Shown here in pieces: positions 63,366 to 64,000 of a stretch of 64,000 nucleotides of DNA (position 1 is the stretch's first letter; each line of letters starts with the position of its first letter). The DNA is from an uncultured PS1 clade bacterium. GTDB taxonomy: Bacteria; Pseudomonadota; Alphaproteobacteria; MED-G09. The position numbers were made by a program, and so were the translations under genes. The stretch is taken from assembly GCA_902533755.1 (NCBI GenBank), contig CACANC010000001.1, positions 3,668 through 67,667 on the forward strand, in the 5' to 3' direction. Below the pieces are notes generated by a model, which searched no databases, had not been told where the DNA came from, and saw only the letters and a program-made list of their open reading frames with translations.

Positions 63366-64000
63366 TTAGCTAAAAGATAGTTCAGGAAAATCATTATCTA
63401 CAGACTCTCTTAAACGGTCATAATATACCCCAGCTCCACCAAAATATATTAGTACTCTGGAGTTTCTATTTTCGATATTTGCGCCCATCATCCATGAATT
63501 TACCTCGTCACCAACATTCATGAGTGTTTGTTCATGAACCTCTTTGACATGGGCTGACCATTCTCTCTCAGCTTCTAAAAGGGGATTACAGAGTTTGTAT
63601 CCTTCTTTTTCCATTTTATTGATACAATCAGATATCCATAAACAATTTTGTTCAATTGAAGTAGGAAGATTTGCAAAAGGAGCTTGCGGCCCAGTAATTG
63701 TAAATAAATTTGGAAAATCAGAAATGCATACGCCCATTATAGATTTTGACTCATTCTCCCATTTTTCTCTTATAGACTCACCGCTTTGACCAATAATATC
63801 GAATGCCTCAAGTGCACCTGTATAAGCTTGAAAACCTGTAGCTAAAATAATGATATCAAATTCATATTCATTTATATTTGTTTTAATACCATTTTCTGTA
63901 AAATGAGATATTGGCTCTCTATCTTTAATATCTACTAGATGAACATTATCTCTATTAAAGGCTTCATAAAATCCATGATCAAGTGGAGGTCTTTTAGCGA
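63366..64000 (-). CDS. Flavin-dependent (Baeyer-Villiger-type) monooxygenase, C-terminal part (N-terminus beyond window)
   Basis: ORF-track segment plus hand translation of 63738-64000 (...DIIILATGFQAYTGALEAFDIIGQSGESIREKWENESKSIMGVCISDFPNLFTITGPQAP...). Matches BVMO/FMO C-terminal ATGF and FPNLF regions. Confidence 0.7.
   Translation of the reverse strand, partial: AKRPPLDHGFYEAFNRDNVHLVDIKDREPISHFTENGIKTNINEYEFDIIILATGFQAYTGALEAFDIIGQSGESIREKWENESKSIMGVCISDFPNLFTITGPQAPFANLPTSIEQNCLWISDCINKMEKEGYKLCNPLLEAEREWSAHVKEVHEQTLMNVGDEVNSWMMGANIENRNSRVLIYFGGAGVYYDRLRESVDNDFPELSFS

Overview
The window is an AT-rich (~30% GC), gene-dense stretch that looks like a streamlined marine alphaproteobacterial chromosome (SAR11/Pelagibacterales-like). 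That assignment is an inference from composition, tiny spacers and gene content. No mobile elements or CRISPR arrays were seen; one tRNA gene (tRNA-Leu) was found.

Core housekeeping genes, in order:
- ilvB (3' part), ilvN, ilvC, then a Leu-rich leader peptide ahead of leuA.
- mreB followed directly by mrdA and rodA, with no mreC/mreD between them.
- dksA, recA, alaS, icd, rpsD, grxD-bolA.
- purL, purQ, purS, purC, then map, purB and tRNA-Leu(UAA).
- cysE, hisI, folE, cysS, thrS-yidD and nadK.

Accessory-looking content between the core genes:
- Three cytochrome P450s, one with CYP153-like motifs, plus an adrenodoxin-type ferredoxin/FNR pair elsewhere in the window.
- A P450-SDR pair facing a steroid-5α-reductase-like membrane protein.
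- A GT4 glycosyltransferase, two SAM methyltransferases and a 350-aa prenyltransferase-repeat protein in one module.
- A phnC-phnE-phnE transporter with no binding-protein gene, followed by a MATE exporter.
- A MoxR/VWA pair.
- A 9.5-kb plus-strand oxidative cluster: P450, glycerol kinase, class II aldolase, an orphan xanthine-dehydrogenase-family molybdenum subunit, a CYP153-like P450, flavin reductase, two tandem SRPBCC proteins and an APH-like kinase, convergent with a Baeyer-Villiger monooxygenase cut by the window end.

The most unusual signal is a pair of ~320-bp, GC-enriched inverted paralogous segments (~75-80% identical) flanking thrS-yidD. They sit in the only two long spacers in the window. 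Each carries two perfect TTATCCACA DnaA boxes 20 bp apart, a σ70-like promoter and a strong intrinsic terminator. This supports two divergently transcribed ~240-nt small RNAs of unknown family.
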